A DNA stretch of 39,598 nt from Armatimonadota bacterium (GTDB taxonomy: Bacteria; Armatimonadota; Fimbriimonadia; Fimbriimonadales; GBS-DC), in contig PSLB01000004.1 of the NCBI GenBank assembly GCA_040289385.1, positions 1-39,598 on the forward strand, written 5' to 3'. Position numbers and translations under genes: made by a program. Of the stretch, positions 9,601 to 18,032 are shown one piece after another (positions within the stretch are counted from its first letter, which is position 1; each line of letters starts with the position of its first letter). The notes beneath the pieces were generated by a model. The model was not told the DNA's origin. It worked only from the letters and a program-made list of their open reading frames with translations, and ran no database searches.

Positions 9601-10241
9601 CGGTGTCCCTCCATGTTGACAAATGCGGGCTTGAAAAACTCTAAGGTTCGCTCAACCAGTTCGGGCAGGGAAAGCGGGCTTTGCTCCATGATCCACTCCG
9701 TTAGGCAGATACGGTACAATCGTACGGCATAGTGTGCCAGCTTCTCGGCGCTCACATCGCGGCGGAACTCCCCTCGATCTTGTCCCAGCTGGAACCCCTG
9801 AAGGGCATGCTGGGTGGCTTCCTGAATCATAGCGGATATCATCTGCCTGAGAGGCTCACTATGACAGCACGCCGCAAACATAGAGCGAGTCAGCGCCAGA
9901 GAGCGTCCGTCATGCTCGGCGATGAAGCGCATCACCTGACGCAACACCTCCCACTGGCTTTCTGCGGTTTCTGGTTGGAGTTGATCCAGAAACACATAGA
10001 CCTCCTCAACCATATCGTTTAAGTAGTTCAAGAGGAGATGTTCTTTGGTGGGGAAGTAGTTGAAGAAAGTGCCTTTAGCGACATCGGCGCGTTCGGTGAT
10101 CTCTTCAACAGAGATCTGGTCGAACGGTTTTTCCTGCATCAGCGAGAGCGCCGCATCGATAAGTTTTTGGCGTGTCTCTTCCTTGCGACGCTCTCGCCGA
10201 TTCCCAACAATAACGGGCTTATTCATATCCATAAGAAACAT
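9597..10241 (-). CDS. TetR/AcrR family transcriptional regulator; the start may be the downstream ATG at 10226
   Basis: The N-terminal HTH reads RKEETRQKLIDAALSLMQEKPFDQISVEEITERADVAKGTFFNYFPTKEHLL. It is the first gene of the efflux operon. Confidence 0.9.
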   Translation of the reverse strand: MFLMDMNKPVIVGNRRERRKEETRQKLIDAALSLMQEKPFDQISVEEITERADVAKGTFFNYFPTKEHLLLNYLNDMVEEVYVFLDQLQPETAESQWEVLRQVMRFIAEHDGRSLALTRSMFAACCHSEPLRQMISAMIQEATQHALQGFQLGQDRGEFRRDVSAEKLAHYAVRLYRICLTEWIMEQSPLSLPELVERTLEFFKPAFVNMEGHR

Positions 10242-10273
10242 CTATTTGAACACCAAGTCATATACAACCGGCA

Positions 10274-10285
10274 GTCAATTTTGAC
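10274..10285. promoter_or_regulatory. Candidate TetR operator, GTCAA-TT-TTGAC
   Basis: Perfect inverted repeat lying between the predicted -10 box and the tetR start codon. Confidence 0.4.
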
Positions 10286-10296
10286 CATCGCTCAAT

Positions 10297-10326
10297 ATAA
10301 TACCCAACGGCTGACAGGTTTGTCAA
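10297..10326 (-). promoter_or_regulatory. Sigma70-like promoter of the efflux operon (TTGACA-N18-TATTAT)
   Basis: The reverse complement of 10297-10326 reads TTGACAaacctgtcagccgttgggTATTAT, about 55 nt upstream of the tetR start. Confidence 0.55.
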
Positions 10327-10492
10327 GGGGGGGTAGGGATGTTCGACCTTGAGTTGTCCCCATCTTCCCACACCTACCCCCAGCACACACAACCCACACA
10401 AAAGACGCACCACCAGCCCCATATTCCATACTAGCAGTTGCCTCGTAGAGATACAGATACGCCAAAATCGACCTTATCAAGGACGCAACCCA

Positions 10493-10522
10493 TTGACAAA
10501 CGCCCAAAAAATGGGCTATATA
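10493..10522 (+). promoter_or_regulatory. Divergent sigma70-like promoter (TTGACA-N18-TATATA) pointing into repeat copy 1; no intact gene lies behind it
   Basis: TTGACAaacgcccaaaaaatgggcTATATA read directly on the plus strand. The next coding sequence is the WD40-dockerin remnant beyond the repeat. Confidence 0.45.
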
Positions 10523-10578
10523 TAACCAACACGAAGCGCACCACTTCCTACACGCAGACCAAGCAGAAGCTCGCTTCA

Positions 10579-10815
10579 CCACCTCTTGGACGCGCCGCCG
10601 GGAGCCCCGGGCTTGAGCCCTGGGGAGGAGGCGGCGCTCCCTCCCTTCCATCATCATGTGGTATAATGCGAGCATGCGGACATCAACGCTGCCAGGAATA
10701 TCCGCAACCGCTATACCGTCTCTCGGGACGGTGGGCCGTCGTCAACCGGCCCCGAAGCCCTGCCCGGCTTGCCGGGCGAGGGCAAGCCCCCGGATTTAGC
10801 CGTGGGGTAGTTGAC
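10579..10815 (+). mobile_element. Hairpin-ended 237-bp repeat, copy 1 (non-autonomous element / structured RNA candidate)
   Basis: Manual alignment of its reverse complement to 22642-22878 gives 235/237 identity. Bulged hairpins lie at 10605-10625 (CCCC GGGC TTGA GCCC T GGGG) and 10787-10807 (CCCC CGGA TTTA GCCG T GGGG). An internal TGgTATAAT sits at 10659-10667. The flanks differ on both sides immediately outside these coordinates. Confidence 0.85.
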
Positions 10816-11341
10816 ACATCCAAGCCATGAGGTAAACGATGAGGAATCGGTACATTTCCTCACAGGGCACACGAATTGGGTCTACTCTGTTCCCTTCTCG
10901 CCCGATGGGCAGTCGCTGGCGAGTGGGAGTTGGGATGCCACCATCAGGTTGTGGCGGGTGTTGGATGGCACTTTAGGGCGCACCTATAATCAGGAAACAG
11001 GCACGGCTGTGCGTTCCATCCAGTTCTCGCCTGATGGTCGGTTGTTCTTCTACGGGCGTACAGACGGTACTGTAGTAGTGGCACGCAATCCGTTCTTCAC
11101 CGAGGTGAATGGCGATGGCTGTGTAGACGGTGCCGATCTGCTGGCGGTGCTGTTTGCGTTTGGTCAGTGTGAGTCGGGCTTGCCAGAAGATGTGAACGGT
11201 GACGGCGTGGTAGAAGACGCCGACCTGCTGAGGGTGTTGTTCCACTTCGGGATTGGGTGTCGAATCCCCACCCTAACCCTCCCTGTGAAAAAACAGTTTT
11301 CGGATAGGCTCTTAGGCGCGGTGGGGTTCCCCTATTCCTAA
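10811..11341 (+). pseudogene. 5'-truncated WD40-repeat protein with a C-terminal dockerin-like double repeat (probable gene remnant)
   Basis: Only about 2 WD40 repeats are present (LTGHTNWVYSVPFSPDGQSLASGSWDATIRLW; SIQFSPDGRLFFYGRTDGTVVV), followed by VNGDGCVDGADLLAVLFAFG...VNGDGVVEDADLLRVLFHFGIGC. The only in-frame start is a TTG inside the repeat end. Sequence upstream of the repeat is not WD40-coding. Confidence 0.5.
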
Positions 11342-12352
11342 CAGGTATATGAAGAGATCTTCGGTGATAATCTGCGCGTTGGCGTTGCCGAGGAGGGCAT
11401 GGCGCGCTTCGATGATGCGTTCGATGCTCCGGATGCGCTGTGGAGCGGGCACGCGCTGAGCCAGCCGTTCCAACGCTGACTGGTAGGAACGGAATCGTAT
11501 CTTGTTGGTTTCTAACGCAAGGCTCTCGCGATACCACGCCAAAAGATACTCCAGTCCGACTGCCAGTGCGGTGCGCGCCGACTGGTCATCGGTGGCACTC
11601 TCGAGCTGTCTGCAGAGCGTTCGGAACTGCTCCGCCATACGGAGGGCACGCGTTGTGGGAGCAGTCCCCAGTTCCGCAAACAGGTCTACCAACTGGGTAA
11701 GAGTTTGCCATTCGGAGGCGGTAGGCGATTCGCTCCATCGCAAGGCGCGTCCAATAGCCCCTTCTGCCAGTTCCGCTTGCCGCTGGGCAATAGTGGGTTC
11801 GACGCCCCGCTGGATCAAGATTTGGGCGAGCTCTACAGGCGTAAGCAAGCCGAGCCTCACAATTTGGCAGCGCGACAGTAGGGTGGGCATTAGCAGGTCG
11901 CTGGTGGGGCTGGTGAGCAGGAAGTGGTAGCGTGGTGGAGGCTCTTCTAAGGTCTTTAGCAAGGCGTTGGCGGCAGCGGGATTTAGGCGATGCGCCTCTT
12001 CGATAAGAACGAATCGAAACGGAGCAACGGCTGGCGCGAACTGCGTCCACTGGCGTGCTTCGCGAACCGATTCGATTTTTATCTGGTCGGGGCTGGGACG
12101 CAACACACGCAGGTCGGGGTGGGTCTCTTCGGTAGACCATTTACGGCACGATTTGCAGTGTTCACATGCGCCCTCTGCCGTTCGCTGAAGGCAGAGCCAT
12201 GCCCGTGCCAGCGCTCGCGCCAAAGTGCGCTTGCCGACACCGGGTGTCCCCACCACCAGAATTGCCTGAGATGGCTGGGCGCGTTGGAGCATTGCGCGTA
12301 TCCATGTGGCGGTTGCTTCGGGACGGATAATCAGCTCGGTGAGGCGTCGCAT
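11312..12352 (-). CDS. holB: DNA polymerase III delta' subunit
   Basis: 346-aa ORF with a Walker-type motif GTPGVGKRTLARALARAWLC, a Zn-module-like C..C..HCKSC and an SRC motif (LLSRCQIVRL). Confidence 0.85.
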   Translation of the reverse strand: MRRLTELIIRPEATATWIRAMLQRAQPSQAILVVGTPGVGKRTLARALARAWLCLQRTAEGACEHCKSCRKWSTEETHPDLRVLRPSPDQIKIESVREARQWTQFAPAVAPFRFVLIEEAHRLNPAAANALLKTLEEPPPRYHFLLTSPTSDLLMPTLLSRCQIVRLGLLTPVELAQILIQRGVEPTIAQRQAELAEGAIGRALRWSESPTASEWQTLTQLVDLFAELGTAPTTRALRMAEQFRTLCRQLESATDDQSARTALAVGLEYLLAWYRESLALETNKIRFRSYQSALERLAQRVPAPQRIRSIERIIEARHALLGNANAQIITEDLFIYLLGIGEPHRA

Positions 12353-12354
12353 AG

Positions 12355-12687
12355 CTAAAATCGTTCAAACCGCTCTACATTCAGCACGAACACCACAGCG
12401 CCCCCCACCTCCACTGCTATCGGGGTCGGCAAAAAGGAGCCTATAGGGGCGGTATCGGGAGGCATCGGGTTAACAAACTGCTCACGGGTACGACAATTCT
12501 GTTCCAGCAGTCGCAACAGATCGTCCAGCGCCGAGTCCTCGACTCCAATCAGCAGGGTGGTGTTGCCCTCGCGTAGGAATCCGCCTGTGCTGGCGACCTG
12601 TGTGAACTTGAACCGGCTTTCCAGTAATGCGTCCATCACCCGCCCCTTGTCGCGATTGTGGATGACCGCAATAACCAGCTTCATCAT
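12355..12687 (-). CDS. darA: PII-like cyclic-di-AMP receptor (YaaQ/DarA family, DUF970)
   Basis: 110 aa, MMKLVIAVIHNRDKGRVMDALLESRFKFTQVASTGGFLREGNTTLLIGVED. A GGAGGGA RBS is present and an ATGA overlap joins it to the tmk stop. The tmk-darA-holB neighbourhood is the classical one. The longer 231-aa ORF in the track is an upstream extension overlapping tmk. Confidence 0.8.
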   Translation of the reverse strand: MMKLVIAVIHNRDKGRVMDALLESRFKFTQVASTGGFLREGNTTLLIGVEDSALDDLLRLLEQNCRTREQFVNPMPPDTAPIGSFLPTPIAVEVGGAVVFVLNVERFERF

Positions 12688-13313
12688 TCCCTCCTGCCTG
12701 CGATGCGAATGTTCCAGCGTGCCCAAAGCGTCTCCGATAACTGCTCCTGCAGGATGTATAAGGGTTGTGTGCCGTCTAAGATTAAAAATCTTTGAGGCGC
12801 ACGCTGAGATTCCTGCAAGTAGCCATGCCGAACCGCTTCGTGGAACGCCAATTCTTGGGCTTCGAAGCGATTGCGGTGGGTGGCGCGTCGCAGAGCCACC
12901 TCGACGGGCAGGTCGATCAACACCGTGAGATCGGGCTCGAGCCCATCGGTGGCTAACTGATTGAGGATTCGGAGCCAGTTCAAATCCAGGGCGCGTGCGT
13001 AGCCTTGATACGCCAGCGTCGAGTCGGTGTAGCGATCGCAAAGTACCCATGTGCCTGCTTCGAGGTTGGGACGGATGATACGAGCGACATGTTGGGCACG
13101 GTCTGCCAAAAATAGAAAGAGCTCGGTGGCTGGCTCGAGGGGGGTATTCAGCAGGAGTGGGCGCAGGAGATGGCCGATTTCGCTCCCGCCTGGTTCATAA
13201 GTAAGCAGGCATGGGATCTGGGTCTCCTTGAGCCGTTCTGCGAGCCACAGAGCGAGAGTGGTTTTGCCGGCACCTTCGATGCCCTCGAAGGTGATGAAAG
13301 GGGCACGGTTCAT
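12684..13313 (-). CDS. tmk: dTMP (thymidylate) kinase
   Basis: The P-loop FITFEGIEGAGKTT and DRY motif (CDRYTDSTLAYQG) are present. Confidence 0.95.
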   Translation of the reverse strand: MNRAPFITFEGIEGAGKTTLALWLAERLKETQIPCLLTYEPGGSEIGHLLRPLLLNTPLEPATELFLFLADRAQHVARIIRPNLEAGTWVLCDRYTDSTLAYQGYARALDLNWLRILNQLATDGLEPDLTVLIDLPVEVALRRATHRNRFEAQELAFHEAVRHGYLQESQRAPQRFLILDGTQPLYILQEQLSETLWARWNIRIAGRRE

Positions 13314-13316
13314 AGA

Positions 13317-14951
13317 TTACTCATCGCATTCGTCTGCGTAGATGGGCAGGATTCGCACGCGGCGGCGTGGTTCCTCGCCCACGCTTTCTGAGAGCAGTCG
13401 GTACTTTTCGATGAGTTGGTGCTGGAGCCGACGCAGGTAGCTGTTTTGTGGGGCGAGTTCATAGGGCTGGGCGGTGCTCAGCACATACTCCACGCCCTCC
13501 TCTGCTTCTCGCAGGGCGCGCTCTTCGCTACTCTCGTCGGTATGCGGTTTTTGGAACAGCTCGTGCATGGCGTGCGCTAACTGGGCATAGGTATTACTGC
13601 GCACGACAGCGATAGGAATCTGCTTCTGCAAGGCTTCGCGCACCTTAGGCGGGCGACGCTGATAGGTGGAGTGCATGACCACCATCGCATCGGCGTCGGC
13701 GACATCGCGTGCGACATACGCAGGCACGCGCATATCCCGGAGTGCCTTCTCCAGCCGAGTACGGCTGACTCCATAGGGGAAGATGCGCGTGATGTTCCTG
13801 CGAGGGGTGCCTCCTGGCGGGACGGTGGAGGCGGGGCGCAGGGTCGGCTCAGGCAGACCCGACTCGGCTACCTCCGAGGCGCGTGGCAGGAGGTCGCTCC
13901 GCTGAACAATCTCGTAGGTGCCTGTATCGGTTTGGACACGGATTTCGGGGCGTGGGGGGCTACCGCGCAACATGCGGTCGACCGTTTGTGCCACATCGTG
14001 GTGGATCGCCAAGCGATGGTAGTCCAGAATTTCGATGACCACATCGAAAGTTGGGGGGGCTTTGCGTTCCAGCACGGTTTTTTGGGTGCCGCGTCGGCGC
14101 GCCTCCTCATCGGAGAGGGTCACGGTCTGGATCCCGCCCACCAGATCGGAGAGGATGGGGTTCATCAGCAGGTTTTCGAGGGTCGTGCCGTGGGCGGTTC
14201 CAATAAGCTGGACGCCGCGTTCGGCGATTGTGCGGGCGGCGTAGGCTTCCAGCTCGGTTCCGATCTCATCGATGACAATCACTTCGGGCATATGGTTCTC
14301 GACCGCTTCGATCATCACGGCGTGCTGGAGGCTGGGTTCTGGCACCTGCATGCGTCGGGCGAAGCCGATGCCGGGGTGAGGGATGTCGCCATCCCCTGCG
14401 ATTTCGTTAGAAGTATCTACAATAATCACGCGCTTGTCGTACTCGTCTGCTAGCACGCGTGCTACTTCGCGCAAGCGGGTGGTCTTGCCCACGCCCGGCT
14501 TACCCAACATCAGGATGCTCTTGCCAGAAGCGACGATATCGTGGATAATATCGATAGTACCGAAGATGGCACGCCCTACGCGACAGGTCAGCCCGATGAT
14601 GCGCCCTTGCCGATTGCGAATCGCCGAGATTCGGTGGAGCGTGCGCGGAATGCCCGCACGGTTGTCCTTGCCAAACTCACCGATGCGTTCCTCGACATAC
14701 TTGAGGTCGTATTCTTCCGTCTGGGCGGAATCGAGGCGTAGGGTGCTCTTCATAAAGCGGGCCTCGGGCATGCGCCCCAGATCCAGCACGACCTCCAACA
14801 GAGTGTCGAGATCGGGCTGTTCCTCGAGCCACTGGCGAATGGAAGGCGGAAGAACTTCCAACAGTGCATGCAGATCGTCCGTAAAGCTACGCTCACCCAT
14901 CACAGGCGTTTGGGCATTCTGCTTTGTAGGATCGGTTGGTTGCTTTGCCAT
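13317..14951 (-). CDS. AAA ATPase with a C-terminal R3H nucleic-acid-binding domain (Ycf45/SpoIIIAA-like)
   Basis: Walker [10 protein letters not shown], Walker B VIVIDEIG, the motif [19 protein letters not shown], and a C-terminal R-x3-H ([13 protein letters not shown]). Confidence 0.75.
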   Translation of the reverse strand: MAKQPTDPTKQNAQTPVMGERSFTDDLHALLEVLPPSIRQWLEEQPDLDTLLEVVLDLGRMPEARFMKSTLRLDSAQTEEYDLKYVEERIGEFGKDNRAGIPRTLHRISAIRNRQGRIIGLTCRVGRAIFGTIDIIHDIVASGKSILMLGKPGVGKTTRLREVARVLADEYDKRVIIVDTSNEIAGDGDIPHPGIGFARRMQVPEPSLQHAVMIEAVENHMPEVIVIDEIGTELEAYAARTIAERGVQLIGTAHGTTLENLLMNPILSDLVGGIQTVTLSDEEARRRGTQKTVLERKAPPTFDVVIEILDYHRLAIHHDVAQTVDRMLRGSPPRPEIRVQTDTGTYEIVQRSDLLPRASEVAESGLPEPTLRPASTVPPGGTPRRNITRIFPYGVSRTRLEKALRDMRVPAYVARDVADADAMVVMHSTYQRRPPKVREALQKQIPIAVVRSNTYAQLAHAMHELFQKPHTDESSEERALREAEEGVEYVLSTAQPYELAPQNSYLRRLQHQLIEKYRLLSESVGEEPRRRVRILPIYADECDE

Positions 14952-14979
14952 GTTCCTATGGAATTATACCCGATTTGTC

Positions 14980-15561
14980 TTAGAGCGGGCCAGAGCCCAG
15001 GTTCAAAAAGTTTTCCAACAAGCGTTTGCCCGATTCGCTCAGGATCGATTCGGGGTGGAACTGAACCCCCTCGATGGGGTAGAGGCGATGGCGCACGCCT
15101 TGAATCGTGCCGTCGTCGGGGCATTCTGCGGTGATCTCAAGTTCGGGAGGCAGGCTCTCACGGCGGATCACCAACGAGTGGTAACGGATAGCGGTGAGCG
15201 GGTTCGGCAGGTCTGTGAACACGCCGACTCCTCGGTGGAGGATACGCGACTCTTTACCGTGCAGCGGTTGCGGGGCGCGAACGATCTCGCCCCCAAACGC
15301 CCGACCGATGCTTTGATGACCCAGACAGACCCCCAACACAGGCACTTTGCCCGCACACGCACGGATCAAAGGCACGCTAATACCTGCTTCGTCGGGCGTG
15401 CAAGGTCCTGGCGAGATGACAATTCGTTCGGGCTTTAGTGTCAACACCGCGTCGACATCCAGCTGGTCGTTGCGCACCACGCGTACTTCGGCGCCCAGTT
15501 CGCCCAGATATTGCACCAAATTGTAGGTAAAGCTATCGTAGTTATCGATAACGAGGACCAT
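14980..15561 (-). CDS. Glutamine amidotransferase component II of anthranilate / aminodeoxychorismate synthase
   Basis: [23 protein letters not shown], catalytic GVCLGHQ, and QFHPES at the C-terminus. The start is taken at the ATG at 15561 rather than at the 245-aa ORF start, which would overlap hrcA. Confidence 0.9.
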   Translation of the reverse strand: MVLVIDNYDSFTYNLVQYLGELGAEVRVVRNDQLDVDAVLTLKPERIVISPGPCTPDEAGISVPLIRACAGKVPVLGVCLGHQSIGRAFGGEIVRAPQPLHGKESRILHRGVGVFTDLPNPLTAIRYHSLVIRRESLPPELEITAECPDDGTIQGVRHRLYPIEGVQFHPESILSESGKRLLENFLNLGSGPL

Positions 15562-15565
15562 AGCA

Positions 15566-16582
15566 TTAGGAATAGAGGGTCTGAGTGAGTGCCGTGCTGA
15601 GCATTTGCGCCATTCGCTCCACTGTGGGCACGGCATGGTCGTAGTCCATGCGGGTCGGCCCGATAATGCCAAGGACTCCACCCGGACGCGTTCCCACGCA
15701 GTATCGGGCGAACACAAGGCTAAACGCTTGAAGGGGCTCAGAGGGGTGTTCCTCGCCGATGGTGACGGTGGCGTGTGGGTGTGCGTGGCGTTCCAGCCAG
15801 CGGTAGAGGCTCTTGCGCGCCTCCAGGAGATGCATCAGCGCCTCCACCTGGCGCATGGCACGCTGAAACTCAGGTTGGAGCAGGAGGTAGGTGAGACCTT
15901 CGTAGTGCAGCTCGCTATCAGCAGCCTCTTGGGCGATACTCTGAACCGTTTTGAGGAGCAGTGCGAGCGTCTCGCGTTCTGCAGGGGATTCCATGGGGGG
16001 AGAGTGTTGCGGCGAAAGCGTCGTCAAGAACTGTACCGTCTGCCTCTCTACCAGCGCACACAAGACACCTTGCAAGCGTTCTAAGATGCGCGACGAGATA
16101 GGATGGGGGCACTCCACGACGCGGCTTTCGACATAGCCATGTTCGAAGACAGCCACCAGCAGGGCGCGCTGACGCCCACAGTGAGTCAACACACAGCGTA
16201 AGAGTTGCATGCGGTCATCGTGAGTAACCGTGGCGAAGGCGGTATATCGGCTGGCACGGGCGAGGGTCTGAAGTGCGCTTTCCAGCAGTTCGTTCAGGCT
16301 TTCGCCAGTCTGTAGCGGCGCGCGACGGAGGGAGTGTTCCAAGCGCAGTCGGCGCACCTCTGAACGCAGGTGTTCGACATAGTAGCGGTACCCCTGCGTG
16401 GACGGAAGCCGCCTCGCACTCGGATGGGGCTGAATCAAATAGCCCATCTCGGTCATTCGTGCCAGCTCGTTGCGCACGGTAGCAGGCTTAATCCCCAGCG
16501 GATGGCGATAGTCGCGCACAACCGCTCTCAGAATCGCCGACTTCCGCTCGTCTAAGCGCAAGCCCTCCTGCTTCTTCGTCAC
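15566..16582 (-). CDS. hrcA: Heat-inducible transcription repressor HrcA, with an apparently shortened N-terminal winged-helix region
   Basis: [16 protein letters not shown]...[36 protein letters not shown] matches the HrcA signature. The start is uncertain: GTG at 16582 or TTG at 16561. The ATG at 16669 would overlap the upstream gene. Confidence 0.8.
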   Translation of the reverse strand: MTKKQEGLRLDERKSAILRAVVRDYRHPLGIKPATVRNELARMTEMGYLIQPHPSARRLPSTQGYRYYVEHLRSEVRRLRLEHSLRRAPLQTGESLNELLESALQTLARASRYTAFATVTHDDRMQLLRCVLTHCGRQRALLVAVFEHGYVESRVVECPHPISSRILERLQGVLCALVERQTVQFLTTLSPQHSPPMESPAERETLALLLKTVQSIAQEAADSELHYEGLTYLLLQPEFQRAMRQVEALMHLLEARKSLYRWLERHAHPHATVTIGEEHPSEPLQAFSLVFARYCVGTRPGGVLGIIGPTRMDYDHAVPTVERMAQMLSTALTQTLYS

Positions 16583-16647
16583 AGCCAACACCCATGAGAT
16601 TTTACCCCTGTTAGAAGCGGTGGGCTCAAGGAAGATCGAGATGGCTA

Positions 16648-17157
16648 CTACACCAGCCTTTCCAGCCACGCTTTACTGCGTGCGTCGAGCACAGTATAGT
16701 CGCGGATTTCGTATCGGCTCCCGTCTACTGCCACGATAAGGTAGCGTACAGGGGAGAGCTCGTGCCCATTGTCGCGCCAATTGCGCACATAGAAGACCCT
16801 ATTGCCCCGATCGGTCTCAACCTCCCACCGAAGCTGACCATACTCTTCAACAAGCGAATAAATCTTTTGGATCACGGGGATAAAGTACCGCTGCGCCAAC
16901 TCCTCTTCAACGAGGCTTCGCGACGGAGATGCCATCCCGTCCAATGAGCGGAACATTCCAATCTCTTTGCCCTCGAAGGTCAACACACTGATATATTGGT
17001 GGGGATTGGAAAAGGGAAAGGCACGCGCAAACTGTACATCTTCATGCACTGCCCCATCTTCCAAGCGGATGCGGATGTGTCGGCTTTCGGGCACACGTTC
17101 CACCACAACGCGCGCAGGGTCTAACCACCGCACATCCAGCGAGCTCATTATTGCCAC
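16648..17157 (-). CDS. DUF1854 domain protein
   Basis: 169 aa. [33 protein letters not shown]...[16 protein letters not shown]...WEVETDRG...[19 protein letters not shown] follows the DUF1854 pattern as I recall it. Confidence 0.65.
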   Translation of the reverse strand: MAIMSSLDVRWLDPARVVVERVPESRHIRIRLEDGAVHEDVQFARAFPFSNPHQYISVLTFEGKEIGMFRSLDGMASPSRSLVEEELAQRYFIPVIQKIYSLVEEYGQLRWEVETDRGNRVFYVRNWRDNGHELSPVRYLIVAVDGSRYEIRDYTVLDARSKAWLERLV

Positions 17158-17957
17158 TTATCCCAAAGATCGGGGTACTGACTTGGATTTAGGTTGATCT
17201 GCGAGCAGTAGGTGTTGTTGTTGCGCTCGCACTCCTGCTCTGGTAGACCGTAGAGCTGTTCGAATGGGGTCGCCTTCGCGTGTCCATCTGCGTAGGTAAC
17301 CGTAACTAAGCGTGCGTGGCGTCCATGGGGACGCTGATGGAACCCTGCCCCTGGATTGAGCCCTTGCGCTGAGGGGAAAGGTGAGTAAACGACATTCATG
17401 TAGTATCCATACTGTGCCCACAAAGGGTAGCTGTTGACTCCGCTCGGGATCGCATCCATCACCAGCACATGGCTGGCAGGCTTTTCTAACGCAGCCATCG
17501 CCTTACTGGGGACACTCCACGGGCTACCGCATGCCCACAGGTAGCCCATCGGGGAGGGATAAGCAGCCCCGTAGCCAATACGCCCTTCGCACACAAGACG
17601 ACGCCCCGTAGCCTGCGACTCGTCGGGCGTCTTCGCATCGGGGCACTTGGAGTAGAGGTTATTTTTAGAGTAAGGCTGGAGCCAATAAAGAAACCCTATC
17701 GAGGTACAAGTTGTATACCCCCCACCACAGAAACCCGCAGGAGGAATTGTGGCAATCTCAGCGGGGGAGTACACCTCGTCATAATCTTGAACATACATCA
17801 TCGTAGCAAGCCCGATTTGCTTATTGTTGCTGAGGCACATGGTCTGGCGCGCTTTAGCACGCGCTTGCGCAAATACAGGGAATAGGATGGCAGCCAAGAT
17901 AGCGATAATCGCAATCACTACCAGCAGTTCGATAAGGGTGAAACCGCGCTGTCGCAT
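17148..17957 (-). CDS. Prepilin-type N-terminal cleavage/methylation domain protein, H-X9-DG (DUF1559) class
   Basis: [49 protein letters not shown], with a C-terminal [23 protein letters not shown] is present. The 566-aa ORF in the track is an artefactual upstream extension antisense to lpxL. Confidence 0.85.
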   Translation of the reverse strand: MRQRGFTLIELLVVIAIIAILAAILFPVFAQARAKARQTMCLSNNKQIGLATMMYVQDYDEVYSPAEIATIPPAGFCGGGYTTCTSIGFLYWLQPYSKNNLYSKCPDAKTPDESQATGRRLVCEGRIGYGAAYPSPMGYLWACGSPWSVPSKAMAALEKPASHVLVMDAIPSGVNSYPLWAQYGYYMNVVYSPFPSAQGLNPGAGFHQRPHGRHARLVTVTYADGHAKATPFEQLYGLPEQECERNNNTYCSQINLNPSQYPDLWDKWQ

Positions 17958-18032
17958 TGTTGTCTCCTCCACAAAGCACATTATACCCCAATTCCACAAG
18001 GTTATCATACTGTCGGAGTAGGGTATGCTATT

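Noticed and set aside
10668-10830. ORF starting right after the internal TATAAT of the repeat (MRACGHQRCQEYPQPLYRLSGRWAVVNRPRSPARLAGRGQAPGF...). It has no stop inside the element and reads into the flank in both copies.
   Set aside because: It is Arg/Pro/Gly-rich as expected from translating GC-rich helices, and it has no RBS. Its C-terminus depends on the flank. The diverged copies conserve base pairing rather than codons.
12688-13050. Upstream extensions of darA (to 13050), trpG/pabA (to 15717), the mqnA/D-like gene (to 33772), the adenosyltransferase (from 29056), the DsrE-like gene (from 36351) and hrcA (to 16669).
   Set aside because: The extensions overlap the neighbouring genes and lack family similarity. 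Internal starts carry RBSs or ATGA/GTGA coupling and begin exactly at the conserved N-termini.
16583-16669. CIRCE operator upstream of hrcA.
   Set aside because: Nothing resembling TTAGCACTC-N9-GAGTGCTAA is present. Only a weak TTGAGC...TAAAAT promoter-like pair was found.
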